DNA from: Pristiophorus japonicus
Taxonomy: Eukaryota
Assembly (NCBI RefSeq): GCF_044704955.1
Contig: NC_091985.1
Coordinates: 225,866,001-225,930,000 of the forward strand
Length of the DNA: 64,000 bases
Direction of reading: 5' to 3'
The notes under the pieces are model-generated. The model saw nothing but the letters and a program-made list of their open reading frames with translations, was not told where the DNA came from and did no database searches. Made by a program: the position numbers and the translations under genes. Below, in pieces: positions 12,213 through 26,287 of the stretch; within the stretch, counting starts at the first letter, position 1, and each line of letters begins with the position of its first letter.

Positions 12213-12668
12213 CTATAGAACAGTGTGACCTCGCTGATGTCTCAGCAGGGTGGATGACAGAGCAAATCCTTTCCCACACATGGAATAGACAAAGGGCCTA
12301 ACCTCAGCATGATAGGTTCCTGTGTCTGCTAAAGCTCTTCCCTCAGTCAGAACACTTGCAGGATCTCTCATCAGTGTTCGCAGGTTGAACGAATCACTGA
12401 AACCCTTCCCAAACACTGAACGTCTTTCTCTGGTGTGAAATCACTGGTGTCTCTTCAGCTGCCAGAAGCTTTTAAAGCGCTTCCCACAGTCGGAACATCA
12501 TGACGGCCACTCGCCAGTATGATCAAGCTGATGCACCCACAGGTTGGGTGAATGCACGAATCTCTCTCAGGGCAGGTAAATGGACTCTCCCCAATTTGAA
12601 CTCACTGGTGCTTCAGCAGGTGGGATGTATGAGCGAATCCCTTCTCACACACGGAACAAGCGAGCGGC
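12213..12668 (-). pseudogene. Decayed 3' end of a C2H2 zinc-finger gene (same HTVL-stop subfamily as 5299-6762)
   Basis: CGKGFALSSTLLRHQRGHTVL-stop, frameshifted fingers upstream, and a 3' UTR homologous to 5150-5300. Confidence 0.85.
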
Positions 12669-12671
12669 CTC

Positions 12672-12875
12672 GTAACCTCATGGCCCGGCATATCCCTCAC
12701 TCTATCACTACCATCAAGCCAGGGACCAACCCTGATTCAATGAGGAGTGTAGAAGAGCATGCCAGGAGCAGCACCAGGCAGACCTAAAAATGAGGTGCCA
12801 ACCTGGTGAAGCTACAACACAGGACTACATGCATGTTAAACAGTGGCAGCAGCATGCTATAGACAGAGCTAAGCA
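12672..12875 (+). mobile_element. Non-LTR retrotransposon ORF2 internal fragment
   Basis: NLMARHIPHSITTIKPG..P..FNEECRRACQEQHQ, resembling an endonuclease-RT linker. Confidence 0.5.
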
Positions 12876-14697
12876 TAGGAAAATACAACATAAGAATTAG
12901 GAGCAGGAATAGAAGGACAACTACTAAAAATGGTTATAAGGAAAATAAAATGAGAAGTGATGTGCTTTTTAACCTCTCACACTATTTATATACAAAGTAC
13001 ATCTCGAATTTTCAACAGCAAGCTGCAATACTGTATCACTTATTGGAATATGATTGTTTGAGTAAATAAGAGTTTAGCTAATGAACTACCTGCATTTATT
13101 TTATAAATAGTATTTTCTTACTTTAAACAAAACCTTCGAAGTTTTCTTTTGCCTTTTGCTTTTTGTTGTGTGTTTTTAGTCTTTAGGTCCCGGCACACAA
13201 CCAATGCATTCTCAGCTGAGAGAAAAGGTGGTCCACTTGCTCCCAGATCTCTGGCTGTGACCTGTGGTGTCTCACCCTCCACATTTGCTGCCTTGTGGAA
13301 ACAGGCTAATTTTCTGTTGACCCCCTCCTTCTTCCTGACAGTCCAGTGGAGATTCAGGACTTTTTGTGTGAGGGACAATGGGCACAAACCCACATCCCAC
13401 CATTCTTTGCTGCCATTTGTTGAACTGGCAGCTCTGCCAGTCTCCGTTAATTATTTATTACTTCAGGTTTGTGAAGCAGAAACAGTGTCCACAAAGAGCT
13501 ACTTGTGCTTCAAAAGACTCGAACCGCTCTACCAAACAGCCATGTAGAAATTCAGTACAACAGATAATCGATCGATCAATCATTTTGTTCATTTAGTGAT
13601 GGAAAATTTTACTATTTCACACCACACTTTGTGTATTTAAGATAGTATCTGACTTTATATTTATAAATTATTAGGCGGGTAGAAGTGGTGTGATGCTCAA
13701 CCCCAAGAGTGGGACGGTTTCAAATTTACCAATTTAACACTTTGTTCTCGCTAACGTGAGCGGTCCCTTTAAATCTGCTGCATGGTATCTCTCCCAGCGT
13801 TGGGAGGTGAGCGGTCCCTTTAAATCTCTGTGCAGTGTCTCTTCCAGCAGTGAGAGCTGGTGAGCGGCCTGCGTGGGAATTCACGATTGGTGCACGACCG
13901 TGTGGCTGCCCACCTTAGGGAGAACATTGGAGTGTGGCCCTCAACAGCTCAGCAAAATTTGTTAAGTGGTCCTCCAGCCCAAATAATTGCCCACCCCGGC
14001 CCGAAACCATCTTTAACGGTCTTCTGCCTCCTGACGTATCTGGAAAAGCTTTTGCAATTACAGATATTACCATAATTGAGCACAATCTTCTTTACCAAAG
14101 ATCTCTTAGCTTCTCCAATGGCTGCTTTTGTCTCCCTCAATTGGGGCTGATATTTCTCTCTCTTCTTTTGTAAACTGAATTCATCTTGATTGGAACTGGA
14201 TTCAATGTGAAACAGTTTGGGGAGTCAGGCATCATTCACCCCTAGACCTACGCTGGCCAGTAAAACCCCAGATGGTTCCCTAGTATAGAATCATAGAATG
14301 GTTACAGCACAGAAGGAGGCTATTCGGCCCATCAAGCCCGTGCCGGGTATCTACAAAAGCACTATCCCCGGAACCGTGCAAATTTTTTTTCTTCAGTTAC
14401 TTATCCAATTCCCTTTTGAAATCCGAGATTGAGTCTGCCTCCACCACCCTTTCTGGCAGTGCATTCCAGATCTTAACCAATAAGGCTTCCTCTGGTACCT
14501 CGCCATATATTTGTCAGGAGACCAAAACCCAGCTTTCTTACAGTCCACTCCTGGAGGCACCGTTCCTTGAGCCTACAACCTTCAGCAGGGTCAGTGGTGG
14601 GGTTCCACAGCAGGAGTGAACCCAACTGTCAGAGTGAACATGGTTCAGTCCCGATATGATTAACAGCAGCAATAACAGCAGAATCCAACCCCTGCAG

Positions 14698-15417
14698 TCA
14701 CTTGTGAACTCACTGGTGTCTCAGCAGGTTGTACAGATCAGTGAATCGCTTCACACACACGGAGCAGGTGAATGGCCAATCCCCAGTGAGAGTGCATTGG
14801 TGTTTCAGCCGATCCTTTTTGCTTTTAAAGCTCTTCCCACAGTTAGAACATTTAAAAGATCTCTTATCAGTGTGAACAAGTTGATGTTCAGTGAGGCTGG
14901 ATGAATCCCTTCCCACACGCGGAGCAAGAGAATGGCCTCTCCTCAGGGTGAAGTTGTTAGTGTGTCTGAAGGGGGGATGACCGAGTGAATCGCTTCCCAC
15001 ACTCGGAGCAGGTGAATGGTCTCTCCCCAGTGTGAACTCGTTGGTGTTTTAGCAGAACCGTTCTGCTTTTAAATCTCTTCTCACAGTCAGAACATTTGAA
15101 AGGTCTCACATTGGTGTGAACAAGTTGGTGTCTCAGTAGTGGATCGAATTTGTGAATCCCGTCCCACACACGGAGCAGATGAATGGCCTCTCCCCAGTGT
15201 GAACTTGCTGGTGTGTCAGCAGGGTGGTTGAATTTGTGAATCCCTTCCCACAGCCCGAGCAGGTGAACGGCCTCTCCCCAGAATGAAGTCGCCGGTGTGT
15301 CAGCAAATTGTTTTTATTTTTAAAACTATTCTCGCAGTCAGAACATGTAAAAGGTCTCATGTTAGTGTGAACAAGCTGGTGTCTCAGTAACTGGGATGAA
15401 CAAGTAAATCCCTTCCC
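14698..15417 (-). pseudogene. C2H2 zinc-finger pseudogene (~8 fingers, frameshifts), 5' end replaced by a CR1 fragment (~15420-15945)
   Basis: Fingers spread over three frames (ORFs 15133-15360, 14957-15169, 14710-15000). The 3' UTR matches 56600-56640. Confidence 0.85.
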
Positions 15418-15959
15418 TATTAGTCACTATCTTGTATTTATGGCTCCTAATTTTGGATCCTCCCACAAGTGGAAATATTTATTCTACATTTACTCACTCC
15501 AACCCATTCATAATTTTTAAGACTTCTATCGGGTCATCTCTAAGTCTTCTGTTTTCTCAGGAAGTCCCAACTTGTTCAATCTTTTCCGACAACTGTAATC
15601 GCTCAGTTCTTGAACCATCCTTGTACAAAAAAGATTTACTTTCTCCAGTCCCTCTGTGGGAAGTGTGGCTTGACCAGGTCCTATACAAGCTCAACATAAC
15701 TTCACTACTTTTGAATTCTATACACTTAGAAATAAATACCACTGTTTTCTTAACATTTTTAATTGCTTTACTGATCTGCGATACTGCTTTCAAATGATTT
15801 GTTCACCTGTATCCCCAGATCCCTTTGTTTCTTTATCCCTTTCAGTTTGTTATTTTCTAAGGTGTATTTCTGTTTTTCGAACCAAAGTGCATCGCCTCAC
15901 ATTTATCTATCTTAAAGTTCATTTGCCACTTAACTGCCCAGTCTGTTACCCAGAACGCA

Positions 15960-16270
15960 CCGGGCATGGGGACAGGCCCAATCAATGCTGTAGGGGCCTT
16001 GTGCGCAGGCGCGGGGTGAGTCCTGCGCGTGTGCGGTGCCGCCACTGGGCGATGCAGACGGAGGGCGGAGAGAAGATCTCACGGCGGGGAGGCTTTATAA
16101 ACACCCGGTGCGGGCCTCAGGCCCCGAACAAGAACCTGCGGCTCCGGCCTTTCCCGGAGCGGGGGGCAGCTGCGGGGCTTTCTCCCGGTGACAGGCCCCG
16201 GGAGGGCGGGGCCTCATCTTGGGAGGCTGAGGGGGCAGCAGGGCGCATGCGCGGCCTTTCCCTGGGCCAG
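15960..16270. promoter_or_regulatory. CpG-rich promoter-like segment upstream of the 16345-17220 zinc-finger exon
   Basis: NRF1-type TGCGCAGGCGC (~16002) and GCGCATGCGC (~16243), TTTATAAA (~16094), GGGCGGGG (~16204). Confidence 0.55.
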
Positions 16271-16344
16271 GAACCAGGAGGAGAGAATGTTGTGAATTTC
16301 TCTCCTGGACTCACAGTCAGGGCTTTTGTAAACTGCTGTTCCAG

Positions 16345-17220
16345 GCTGTGAGAGAAGGGGGGCAGCATTTACAGGCCGCAAACTCACACCCAACATCACA
16401 TCCAGGTCTGACACACTCACTCCATTCATCAGGGACCCAATATCATCGGCCTTTCAATGTGGAAGGAGAAATGTTTGTCTGTTCTGTCTGTGGGAAAAGA
16501 TTTCAAACATCAGTGTGACTGGAAAAGCACCGAGACACACACACCCGAGTGAGAGTGTTCCAGTGCACTGACTGTGGGAAGAGCTTTAACCAGTTACACA
16601 GCCTGAAAAAACATCGCACCATTCACAGCGGGGAGAAACCGTACACGTGTTCTGTGTGTGTGCACCAGGCTTCAACTGATCGTTTAATCTGGAGAGACAC
16701 AAGGACACCCGCACCACGGAGAAACCGTGGGAATGTGGGGACTGTGGGAAGGGATTCAATTACCCGTGTGCTGGAAACTCATCAACGTAACCACACTGTG
16801 GAGAGGCCGTTCCCCTGCTCCGTGTGTGGGATGGGATTCACTCTGTTGTCCAGCCTCAGTTACACCAGCATGTTCACACTGACGAGAGACGTTTTAAATG
16901 CTCTGACTGTGGGAAATGCTTTTAAAATCTCTGCAGATTTAATTAAACATCAGCTTGTTCACACTGATGAACGACTGTTCAGTTGCTCTCACTGCGAGAA
17001 GAGCTTCAGACAGTCATCTCACTTCATTCAACACCAGCGAGTTCACACCGGAGAGAAGCCGTTCATCTGCTCTGTGTGTGAGAAAGGATTTACTTCTGCA
17101 TCCAACCTTCGGACACACCAGTGAGTTCACACTGGGGAGAGGATATTCACCTGCTCCATGTGTGGGAAGGGATTCAGTCGATCATCTCACCTGCTGAGAC
17201 ACCAGCAAGTTCATGAGTGA
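16345..17220 (+). pseudogene. C2H2 zinc-finger pseudogene (frameshifts and in-frame stops)
   Basis: Acceptor TTCCAG at ~16344. About 9 finger units, TGA stops and frame changes. Paralogous to 56641-57690. Confidence 0.85.
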
Positions 17221-17356
17221 CTGCAGAGGTTTGATTCTGGTGTTAATCACATCCTGTGTTTGTGCCGATGTTAAAAACCCCGATAACTGGGCTGGAGTTT
17301 AAGTTTCCGAATATCTTTCTAACCAGTTTTGGTGTAAACACACACTGTGTTGTGTT

Positions 17357-20300
17357 CATAGAATCATAGAAGTTTACAGCACGGAAGGAGGCCATTTTGG
17401 CCCATCGTGTCCGCGCCAGCCGACAAAAGGCTATCCAGCCTAATCCCACTTTCCAGCTCGAGGTCCGTAACCCTGCAGCTTACGGCACTTCAAGTGCACA
17501 TCCAAGTACTTTTTTAATGTGGTGAGGGTTTAGAAACATAGAAAATAGGTGCAGGAGTAGGCCATTCGGCCCTTCGAGCCTGCACCACCATTCAATATGA
17601 TCATGGCTGATCATGCAACTTCAGTACCCCATTCCTGCTTTCTCTCCACACCCCTTGATCCCTTTAGCTGTAAAGGCCACATCTAACTCCCTTTTGAATA
17701 TATCTAATGAACTGGCCTCAACAACTTTCTGTGGTAGAGAATTTGCCTCTACCACCCTTTCAGGCAGTGAGTTCCAGACCACAACCCTCTGCGTAAAGAA
17801 ATTTCCCCTCAAATCCCCTCTAAACCTTCTACCTTTAATTTTATGCCCCCTGGTTGTTGACCCCTCTGCTAAGGGAAATTGGCCCTTTCTATCCACTATA
17901 TCTAGGCCCCTCATAATTTTATACACCTCAATGAGGTCTCCCCTCTGCCTCCTCTGTTCCAAGGAAAACAAACCCAGCCTATCCAATCTGTGCTCATAGC
18001 TAAGATTCTCCACTCCTGGCAACATCTTCGTAAATCTCCTCTGTACCCTCTCCAGTGCAATCACATCCTTCCTGTAATGCGGTGACCAGAACTGCACGCA
18101 GTACTCCAGCTGTGGCCTAACCAGTGTTTTATACAGTTCAAGCATAACCCACCTGCTCTTATATTCCATGCCTCGGCTAATAAAGGCAAGCATTCCGTAT
18201 GTCTTCTTAACCACCTTATCTACCTGGCCTGCTGCCTTCAGGGATCTGTGGACATGCATTCCAAGGTCCCTTTGTTCCTCTACACTTATCAGTGTCCTAC
18301 CATTTAATATGTATTCCCTTTCCTTGTTAGTTCTCCCCAAATACATTACCTCACATTTCTCTGGATTGAAATTTATTTGCCACTGTTCTGCCCACCTGAC
18401 CAGTTGATTGATATCTTCCTGCAGTCCGCAGCTTTCTTCTTCATTTTCAACCACACAGCTTATTTTTGTATCATCTGCAAACTTCTTAATCATATCTAGA
18501 TCATTGATGTATACCACAAAAAGCAAGGGACCTAGCACTGAGCCCTACGGAACCCCACTGGAAATGTCCTTCTAGTCACAAAAACACCTGGCAATCATTA
18601 CCCTTTGCTTCCTGCCTCTGAGCCAATTTTGGATCCAACTTGCCACTTTTCCCTGGATCCCATGGGCTTTTACTTTCGTGACCAGTCTGCCATGTAGGAC
18701 CTATCGAAAGCTTTGCTAAAATCCATATACACTACATCATACGCACTGCACTCATTGACCCTCCTGGTTACCTCCTCGAAAAATTCAATCAAGTTCAATC
18801 TTCGCATAACAAATCCGTGCTGACTGTCCCTGATTAACCCGTGTCTTTCTAAATGTAGATTTATCCTGTCCTTCAGGATTTTTTCTAATACTTTTCCCAC
18901 AACTGAGGTTAGGCTGACTGGCATGTAATTACTTGGTCTATCCCTTTCTCCCTTCTTAAACAAAGGTGCCACATTTGCAGTCCTCCAGTTCTCTGGTACC
19001 ACACCTGAAGCCAGAGAAGATTGGAAAATGATGGTCAAAGCCTCTGTATTTCCTCTTTTGCTTCGCTTAACAGCCTGGGGTAGATTTCATCAGAGCCTGG
19101 GGACTTATCCAATTTCAAAGCTGCTAAACCCCTTAATCCCGCCTCTCTCACTATGTTTATTTCATCTAATATTTCACACTCTTCCTCCCCGATAGCAGTG
19201 TCTGCATCGCCCCTCTTTTGTAAAAACAGACGCAAAATATTTATTATGAACTATACCCAAATCTTCAGCCTCCACACACAGATTATCTTCACGGTCTCTA
19301 ATAGGCCCTACCCTTTCTTTAGTCATGCTCTTACTCTTAATATATTCATAAAAGATCTTTGGGTTTTCCTTGAATTTACTTGCCAAGAATTTTTCATGCT
19401 CTCTCTTTGCTTTCCTAATATCCCTATCTCACCCCTGGACTTTCTATACACCTCGAGAGATTCTGCAATATTTAGCCCTCGGTTTCTGTCATAAGCTTCC
19501 CTTTTTTTAATCCTACCCTGTATGTCCCTAGACATCCAAGGGGCTCTAGATTTGTCAGTCCCACCCTTTTTCTTTAAGGGCACATATTTGGCCTGAACCC
19601 TCCGGATCTCCTCCCACTGCTCTGACACTGATTTACCATCAAATAGCTGTTTCCAGTCCACTGTGGCTAAATCACTTCACAGCTCGCTGGGTCAAAATCC
19701 TGGAACTCCCTCCCTAACGGTACTGTTGGACTTTTCATAGAAACATAGAAAACAGGTGCAGGAGTAGGCCATTCAGCCCATCGAGCCTGCACCGCCATTC
19801 AATGAGTTCATGGCTGAACATGCAACTTCAGTACCCCATTCCTACTTTCGCGCCATACCCCTTGATCCCCCTAGTAGTAAGGACTACATCTAACTCCTTT
19901 TTGTATATATTTAGTGAATTGGCCTCACAACTTTCTGTGGTAGAGAATTCCACAGGTTCACCATTTTCTGGGTGAAGAAGTTTCTCCTCATCTCGGTCCT
20001 AAATGGCTTACCCCTTATCCTTAGACTGTGACCCCTGGTTCTGGACTTCCCCAACATTGGGAACATTCTTCCTGCATCTAACCTGTCTAAACCTGTCAGA
20101 ATTTTAAACGTTTCTATGAGATCCCCTCTCATTCTTCTGAATTCCAGTGAATACATGCCCAGTTGATCCAGTCTTTCTTGATATGTCAGTCCCGCCATCC
20201 CGGGAATCAGTCTGGTGAATCTTCGCTGCACTCCCTCAATAGCAAGAATGTCCTTCCTCAAGTTAGGAGACCAAAACTGTACACAGTACTCCAGGTGTGG

Positions 20301-23300
20301 CCTCACCAAGGCCCTGTACAACTGTAGCAACACCTCCCTGCCTCTGCACTCAAATCCCCTCGTTATGAAGGCCAACATGCCATTTGCTTTCTTAACTGCC
20401 TGCTGTACCTGCATGCCAACCTTCAATGGCTGATGTACCATGACACCCAGGTCTCGTTGCACCTCCCCTTTTCCTAATCTGTCATCATTCAGATAATAGT
20501 TTGTCTCTCTGTTTTTACCACCAAAGTGGATAACCTCACATTTATCCACATTATACTTCATCTGGCATGCATTTGCCCACTCACCTAACCTATCCAAGTC
20601 ACTCTGCAGCCTCATAGCATTCTCCTTGCAGCTCACACTGCCACCCAACTTAGTGTCATCTGCAAATTTGGAGATACTACATTTAATCCCCTCGTCTAAA
20701 TCATTAATGTACAATGTAAACAGCTGGGGCCCCAGCACAGAACCTTGCGGTACCCCACTAGTCACTGCCTGCCATTCTGAAAAGTACCCATTTATTCCTA
20801 CTCTTTGCTTCCTGTCTGACAACCAGTTCTCAATCCACGTCAGCACACTACCCCCAATCCCATGTGCTTTAACTTTGCACATTAATCTCTTGTGTGGGAC
20901 CTTGTCGAAAGCCTTCTGAAAGTCCCAATACACCACATCAACTGGTTCTCCCTTGTCCACTCTACTGGAAACATCCTCAAAAAATTCCAGAAGATTTGTC
21001 AAGCATGATTTCCCTTTCACAAATCCATGCTGACTTGGACCTATCATGTCACCTCTTTCCAAATGCGCTGCTATGACATCCTTAATAATTGATTCCATCA
21101 TTTTACCCACTACCGATGTCAGGCTGACCGGTCTATAATGCCCTGTTTTCTCTCTCCCTCCTTTTTTAAAAAGTGGGGTTACATTGTCTACCCTCCACTC
21201 CATAGGAACTGATCCAGAGTCTATGGAATGTTGGAAAATGACTGTCAATGCATCCGCTATTTCCAAGGCCACCTCTTTTAGTACTCTGGGATGCAGACCA
21301 TCAGGCCCTGGGGATTTATCGGCCTTCAATCCCATCAATTTCCCCAACACAATTTCCCGACTAATAAGGATTTCCCTCAGTTTCTCCTTCTTACTAGACC
21401 CTCTGACCTCTTTTATATCCGGAAGGTTGTTTGTGTCCTCCTCAGTGAATACCGAACCAAAGTACTTGTTCAATTGGTCTGCCATTTCTTTGTTCCCCGT
21501 TATGACTTCCCCTGATTCTGACTGCAGGGGACCTATGTTTGTCTTTACTAACCTTTTTTTCTTTACATATCTAAAGAAGCTTTTGCAGTCCGTCTTAATG
21601 TTCCCTGCAAGCTTCCTCTCGTACTCTATTTTCCCTGCCCTAATCAAACCCTTTGTCCTCCTCTGCTGAGTTCTAAATTTCTCCCAGACCCCAGGTTCGC
21701 TGCTATTTCTGGCCAATTTGTATGCCACTTCCTTGGCTTTAATACTATCCCTGATTTCCCTTGATAGCCACGGTTGAGCCACCTTCCCTTTTTTATTTTT
21801 ACGCCAGACAAGGATGTACAATTGTTGTAGTTCATCCATGCGGTCTCTAAATGTCTTCCATTGCCCATCCACTGTCAACCCCTTAAGTATCATTCGCCAA
21901 TCTATCCTAGCCAATTCACGCCTTATACCTTCAAAGATCCCTTCTTTAAGTTCTGGACCATGGTCTCTGAATAACTGTTTCATTCTCCATCCTAATGTAG
22001 AATTCCACCATATTAATATCACTCTTCCCCAAGGGGCCTCGCACAACGAGATTGCTAATTAATCCTCTCTCATTATACAACACCCATTCTAAGATGGCCT
22101 CCCCCTAGTTGGTTCCTTGACATATTGGTCTAGAAAACCATCCCTATGCACTCCAGGAAATCCTCCTCCACCGTATTGCTTCCAGTTTGGTTAGCCCAAT
22201 CTATATGCATATTCAAGTCACCCATGATAACTACTGCACCTTTATTGCATGCACCCCTAATTTCCTGTTTGATGCCCTCCCCAACATCACTACTACTGTT
22301 TGGAGGTCTGTACACAACTCCCACGAACGTTTTTTGCCCTTTTTCCGCAATTTAGAACTTTTATTCCTGGTCTATCCTTGTCCTTTTCCATAACTACCTT
22401 AAATCTAAATGAATTATGGTCATAAGCACCTAAATGCTCTCCCACTGATACCCCTTTCACCTGCCCAACTTCATTCTCAAAAACTAAATCCAGAACTGCC
22501 CCATCCCGTGTTGGGCTTGTTACATGCTGGCTAAAAAAGTTCCCTTGAATGCATTTTAGGAATTCCACACCCTCTATACTCTTCACGTTAATTTTGTCCC
22601 AGTTAATATTCGGATAATTGAAGTCCCCTGCTATTACAGCCCTATAGTTTTTGCACTTCTCAGAAATTTGCCTACATATTTGCTCCTCTATCTCCCTCTC
22701 ACTGTTTGGGGATCTATAGTACATGCCCAGCAGTGTGATCGGCCCTTTTTTGTTTTGCAGTTTGGCCCATTTGGCCTCGTTTGATGATCCCGCTAACATA
22801 CCATCCCTCCTCACAGCTATAATAGTTTCGTTAATCAATACTGTGATTCCCCCCTTCCCTTTTTACCCCCCCTCCCTTTTTACCCCCCTCTCCATCCTGT
22901 CTGAAAATCCTGTAACCAGAAATGTTAAGCTGTCCCTCTTTTAGCCAAGCCTCTGCAATAGCTATATCATACTCCCAAATGTCTACCTGTGCTCTCAGTT
23001 CATCTGCCTTATTTTCTATACTCATTGCATTGAAATATATTCCTTTTAGTATAGCCAGACCTCCTTGTTACCTACTTTCTAGCCCTTGTTTCCTCTGTCT
23101 TTCAAATTCACTTTCTACATTTTTGCTTTCCAATTCCAACTTTACTCCCCTCCCTACTGAATCTATTCTCAGGTTCCGATCCCCCTGTCAAGCTAGCAAC
23201 CCCCCACCCCCCCCCCCCCACGAGGATATTGGTCTTAGCTCTGTTGAAGTGCAACCCGTCCGGCTTGTACAGGTCCCACCTCCCCCAGAAGCGGTCCCAA

Positions 23301-23870
23301 TGCCTCTGGAATCTAAAGCCCTCCCTCCTGCACCATCTCTCCAGCCATGCATTCATCTGCTCGAGCCTCCTATTTCTGTACTCACTAGTTCGTGGCACCG
23401 GGAGTAATCCGGAGGTTACTAACTTTTGAGGTCCTGCTTTTTAATCTCCTAGCTCCCTAAGCTCTGCCTGCAGGACCTCATCCCTCTTCATACCTATGTC
23501 ATTGGTCCCGATATAAACCACAATCTCTGACTGTTCACCCTCTCCTCCCAGAATTCCCTGCAGCCGCTCGGGTGACATCCTTGACCCTGGCACCAGGGAG
23601 GCAACATACCATCCTGGAGTCATGTCTGCGGCTGCAGAAACGCCTGTCTGCTCCTCTGACTATTGAATCCCCTACCACTATAGCTCTTCCATTCTTCTTC
23701 CTGCCCCCCCCCAATGCAGCTGAGCCACCCGTGGTGCCGTGGACTTGGCTCTGGCTACACTCCCCAGAGGCACCATTGCCCCCACCAGTACTCAGAAGAG
23801 AATACTGGTTGGAGAGTGAGATGGACTCAGGGGACTCCTGCACCACCTGCCTAGTCCTCCTCTTCTGTCT
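17357..23870 (-). mobile_element. Near full-length decayed CR1 LINE with SGNH-esterase ORF1, endonuclease and RT; hosts younger CR1 inserts at ~17531-17743 and ~19736-22338
   Basis: ORF1 motifs VVGDSIVRG, CCLPGARVKD, IGTNDIG and DGLHFN (23108-23846). Endonuclease motifs GDFNYPNINW and DHN (22340-23050). RT at 17745-19660. CTATGATT tail at 17357. Confidence 0.9.
19736..22338 (-). mobile_element. Young 5'-truncated CR1 LINE with a long open RT frame
   Basis: 711-aa ORF 19911-22046 with all RT motifs (FADD). CTATGTTT tail. Very similar to 51507-53320. Confidence 0.95.
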
Positions 23871-25074
23871 GGTTTTTAATTTTTGTAAGATAGGAGACTA
23901 ATTGATGTCCTGTTACCAGCTGTTCCATTTTTGGGCCTTTCTCCTTTCTTACTCAAAATTATTTCAGTTCTTATATCTTCGATTACACTCATGGACAAGT
24001 CCCAGCTCCCCATACCTTCCAGAGGATCCAGGGAAGGTGTCGCTTTTGGTGTAAATTTATTTATATGGACTTACAGAAGGCATTTGATAAAGTCCCATAC
24101 AAGAGACTGTTAAGCCCATGGAACTTATGACAAATTATTGATCTGGTTAGGAAATTGACTGAGCAGCAGGAGACAGAGAATAGGGATTATAGGCAGGTAC
24201 TCAAATGGGCAGAATGTGATTAGTGGTGTCCCGCAGGGATCTGAGTTGGGGCCTCAACTATTCACAGTATTTATTAACGACTTAGATGATGGTGTAGAAA
24301 GTCATATATCCAAATTTTCCTATGGCACATTGCTTTATAGGCAGTGCTGATGAAAGCATAAAATTACAAAGGGATATTACATAGGATATACGACACAGAA
24401 ACAGGTCATTCAGCCCAACCAATATACTATTCGCTTCAACCACTCCCAGCGGCAGCGAGTTCCACATTCTCACCACTCTCTCGGTAAAGAAATTTCTTCT
24501 GAATTCCCTATTTGATTTCTTGGTGACTATCTTATATTGGTGGCTTCGGGTTATGCTCTTCTCCACAAGTGGAAACATTCTATCTGTGTGCACTCTATCA
24601 AAGTCTTTCATAATTTTAAAGACCTCTATTAGGTCACACCTCAACCTTTTTTTTCCAAGAGAAAAGAGACCCAGCCTGTTAATCCTTTCCTGATATGTAT
24701 ACCCTCGCATTTCTGGTATCATTCTTGTAAATCTTCTCTGCACCCTCTCCAGTGCCTCTATATGCTTTTTATAATATAGCGACCAGAACTGTACGCAGTA
24801 CGCTAACTGTGGTCGAACCAAGGTTCGATACAGGTTTAGCATAACTTCCCTACTTTTCAATTCTATACCTCTAGAAATAAACCCTAGTGCTTGGTTTGCT
24901 TTGCTCACGGCCTTGCTAACCTGTGGCACAACCTTTAGTAATTTGTGTATTTGTACTCGGAAATCCCTTTGTTCCTCTACCCCACCTAGACTCGCACCCT
25001 CCAAGTAATAAGTGACCTCCCTATCCTTCTTACAAACAGTAATACCTCACATTTATCTGTGTTGAACTTCATTT

Positions 25075-26027
25075 ACATAAGAACATAAGAAATAGGAGCA
25101 GGAATAGGCCATAAGGCCCTTCGAGCCTGCTCCGCCATTCAATAAGATCACGGCTGATCTGATCATGGACTCAGCTCCACTTCCCCGCCCGCTCCCCATA
25201 ACCCCTCATCCCCCCATCGCTCAAGAAACTGTCTATTTCGGTCTTAAATTTATTTAATGTCCCAGCTTCCACAGCTCTCTGAGGCAGCGGATTCCATAGA
25301 TTCACAACTCTCTGAGAGAAGAAATTTCTCCTCATCTCTGCTCTAAATGGGCGGCCCCATATTCTAAGAACATGCCCTCTAGTTCTAGTCTTCCCCATCA
25401 GTGGAAACATCCTCTCTGCATCCACCTTGTCAAGCCCCCTCATAATCTTATACATTTCTATAAGATCACCTCTCATTCTTCTGAATTCCAATGAGTAGAG
25501 GCCCAACCTACTCAACCTTTCCTCATAAGTCAACCTCCTTATCCCCGGAATCAACCTAGTGAACCTTCACTGAACTGTCTCCAAAACAAATATATCCTTT
25601 CGTAAATATGGAAACCAAAACTGCACGCAGTATTCCAGGTGTGGCCTCACCAATACCCTGTACAGCTGTAACAAGACTTCCTTGTTTTTATACTCCATCC
25701 CCTTTGCAATAAAGGCCAAGATTCCATTGGCCTTCCTGATCATGTTCTGTACCTACATACTATCCTTTTGTGTTTCATGCACAAGTATCCCAGGTCCCAC
25801 TGTACCGCAGCACTTTGCAATCTTTCTCCATTTAAATAATAACTTGTTCTTTGATTTTTTCTGCCAAAGTGCATGACCTCACACTTTCCAACATTATACT
25901 CCATCTGCCAAATTCTTGCCCACTCACTTAGCCTATCTATGCCCTCCTCACGCATTGCCCTTCCTCCCATCTTTGTATCGTCAGCAAATTTGGCTACATT
26001 ACACTCAGTCCCCTCTTCCAAGTAGTT
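25075..26027 (-). mobile_element. 5'-truncated CR1 (CTTATGTT-tail subfamily)
   Basis: FADDTKMGG through the C-terminus ERAGKWS-stop. Tail CTTATGTTCTTATG. Confidence 0.9.
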
Positions 26028-26287
26028 GTCAATTATATGCCCATTCTCCAAGTTTATTGATGTCCTTCGTGCTGCAGTCCTCCTCAATATTGACGAGCCC
26101 CCCCCCCCCCCACCCCGCCAATTTGGTGTCATCTGCAAATTTAGAAATTGTGTTTTTGATTCCAAAGTCTAAATCGTTAATATACATTGTGAACAACAGT
26201 GGTCCCAGCACTGATCCTTGTGGAACAGCACTACCCAGCTTCTGCCACTGTGAATAGCTACCCTTTAGACCTACTCCCTGCTTTACT

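Noticed and set aside
13000-13620. Possible coding exon or transposase tail (VVC...KRKLRRFCLK)
   Set aside because: Short, no recognisable motif set or splice structure; left unassigned.
23108-23846. Host SGNH/GDSL esterase gene
   Set aside because: It lies directly upstream of a CR1 endonuclease, and an esterase ORF1 is an established CR1 feature.
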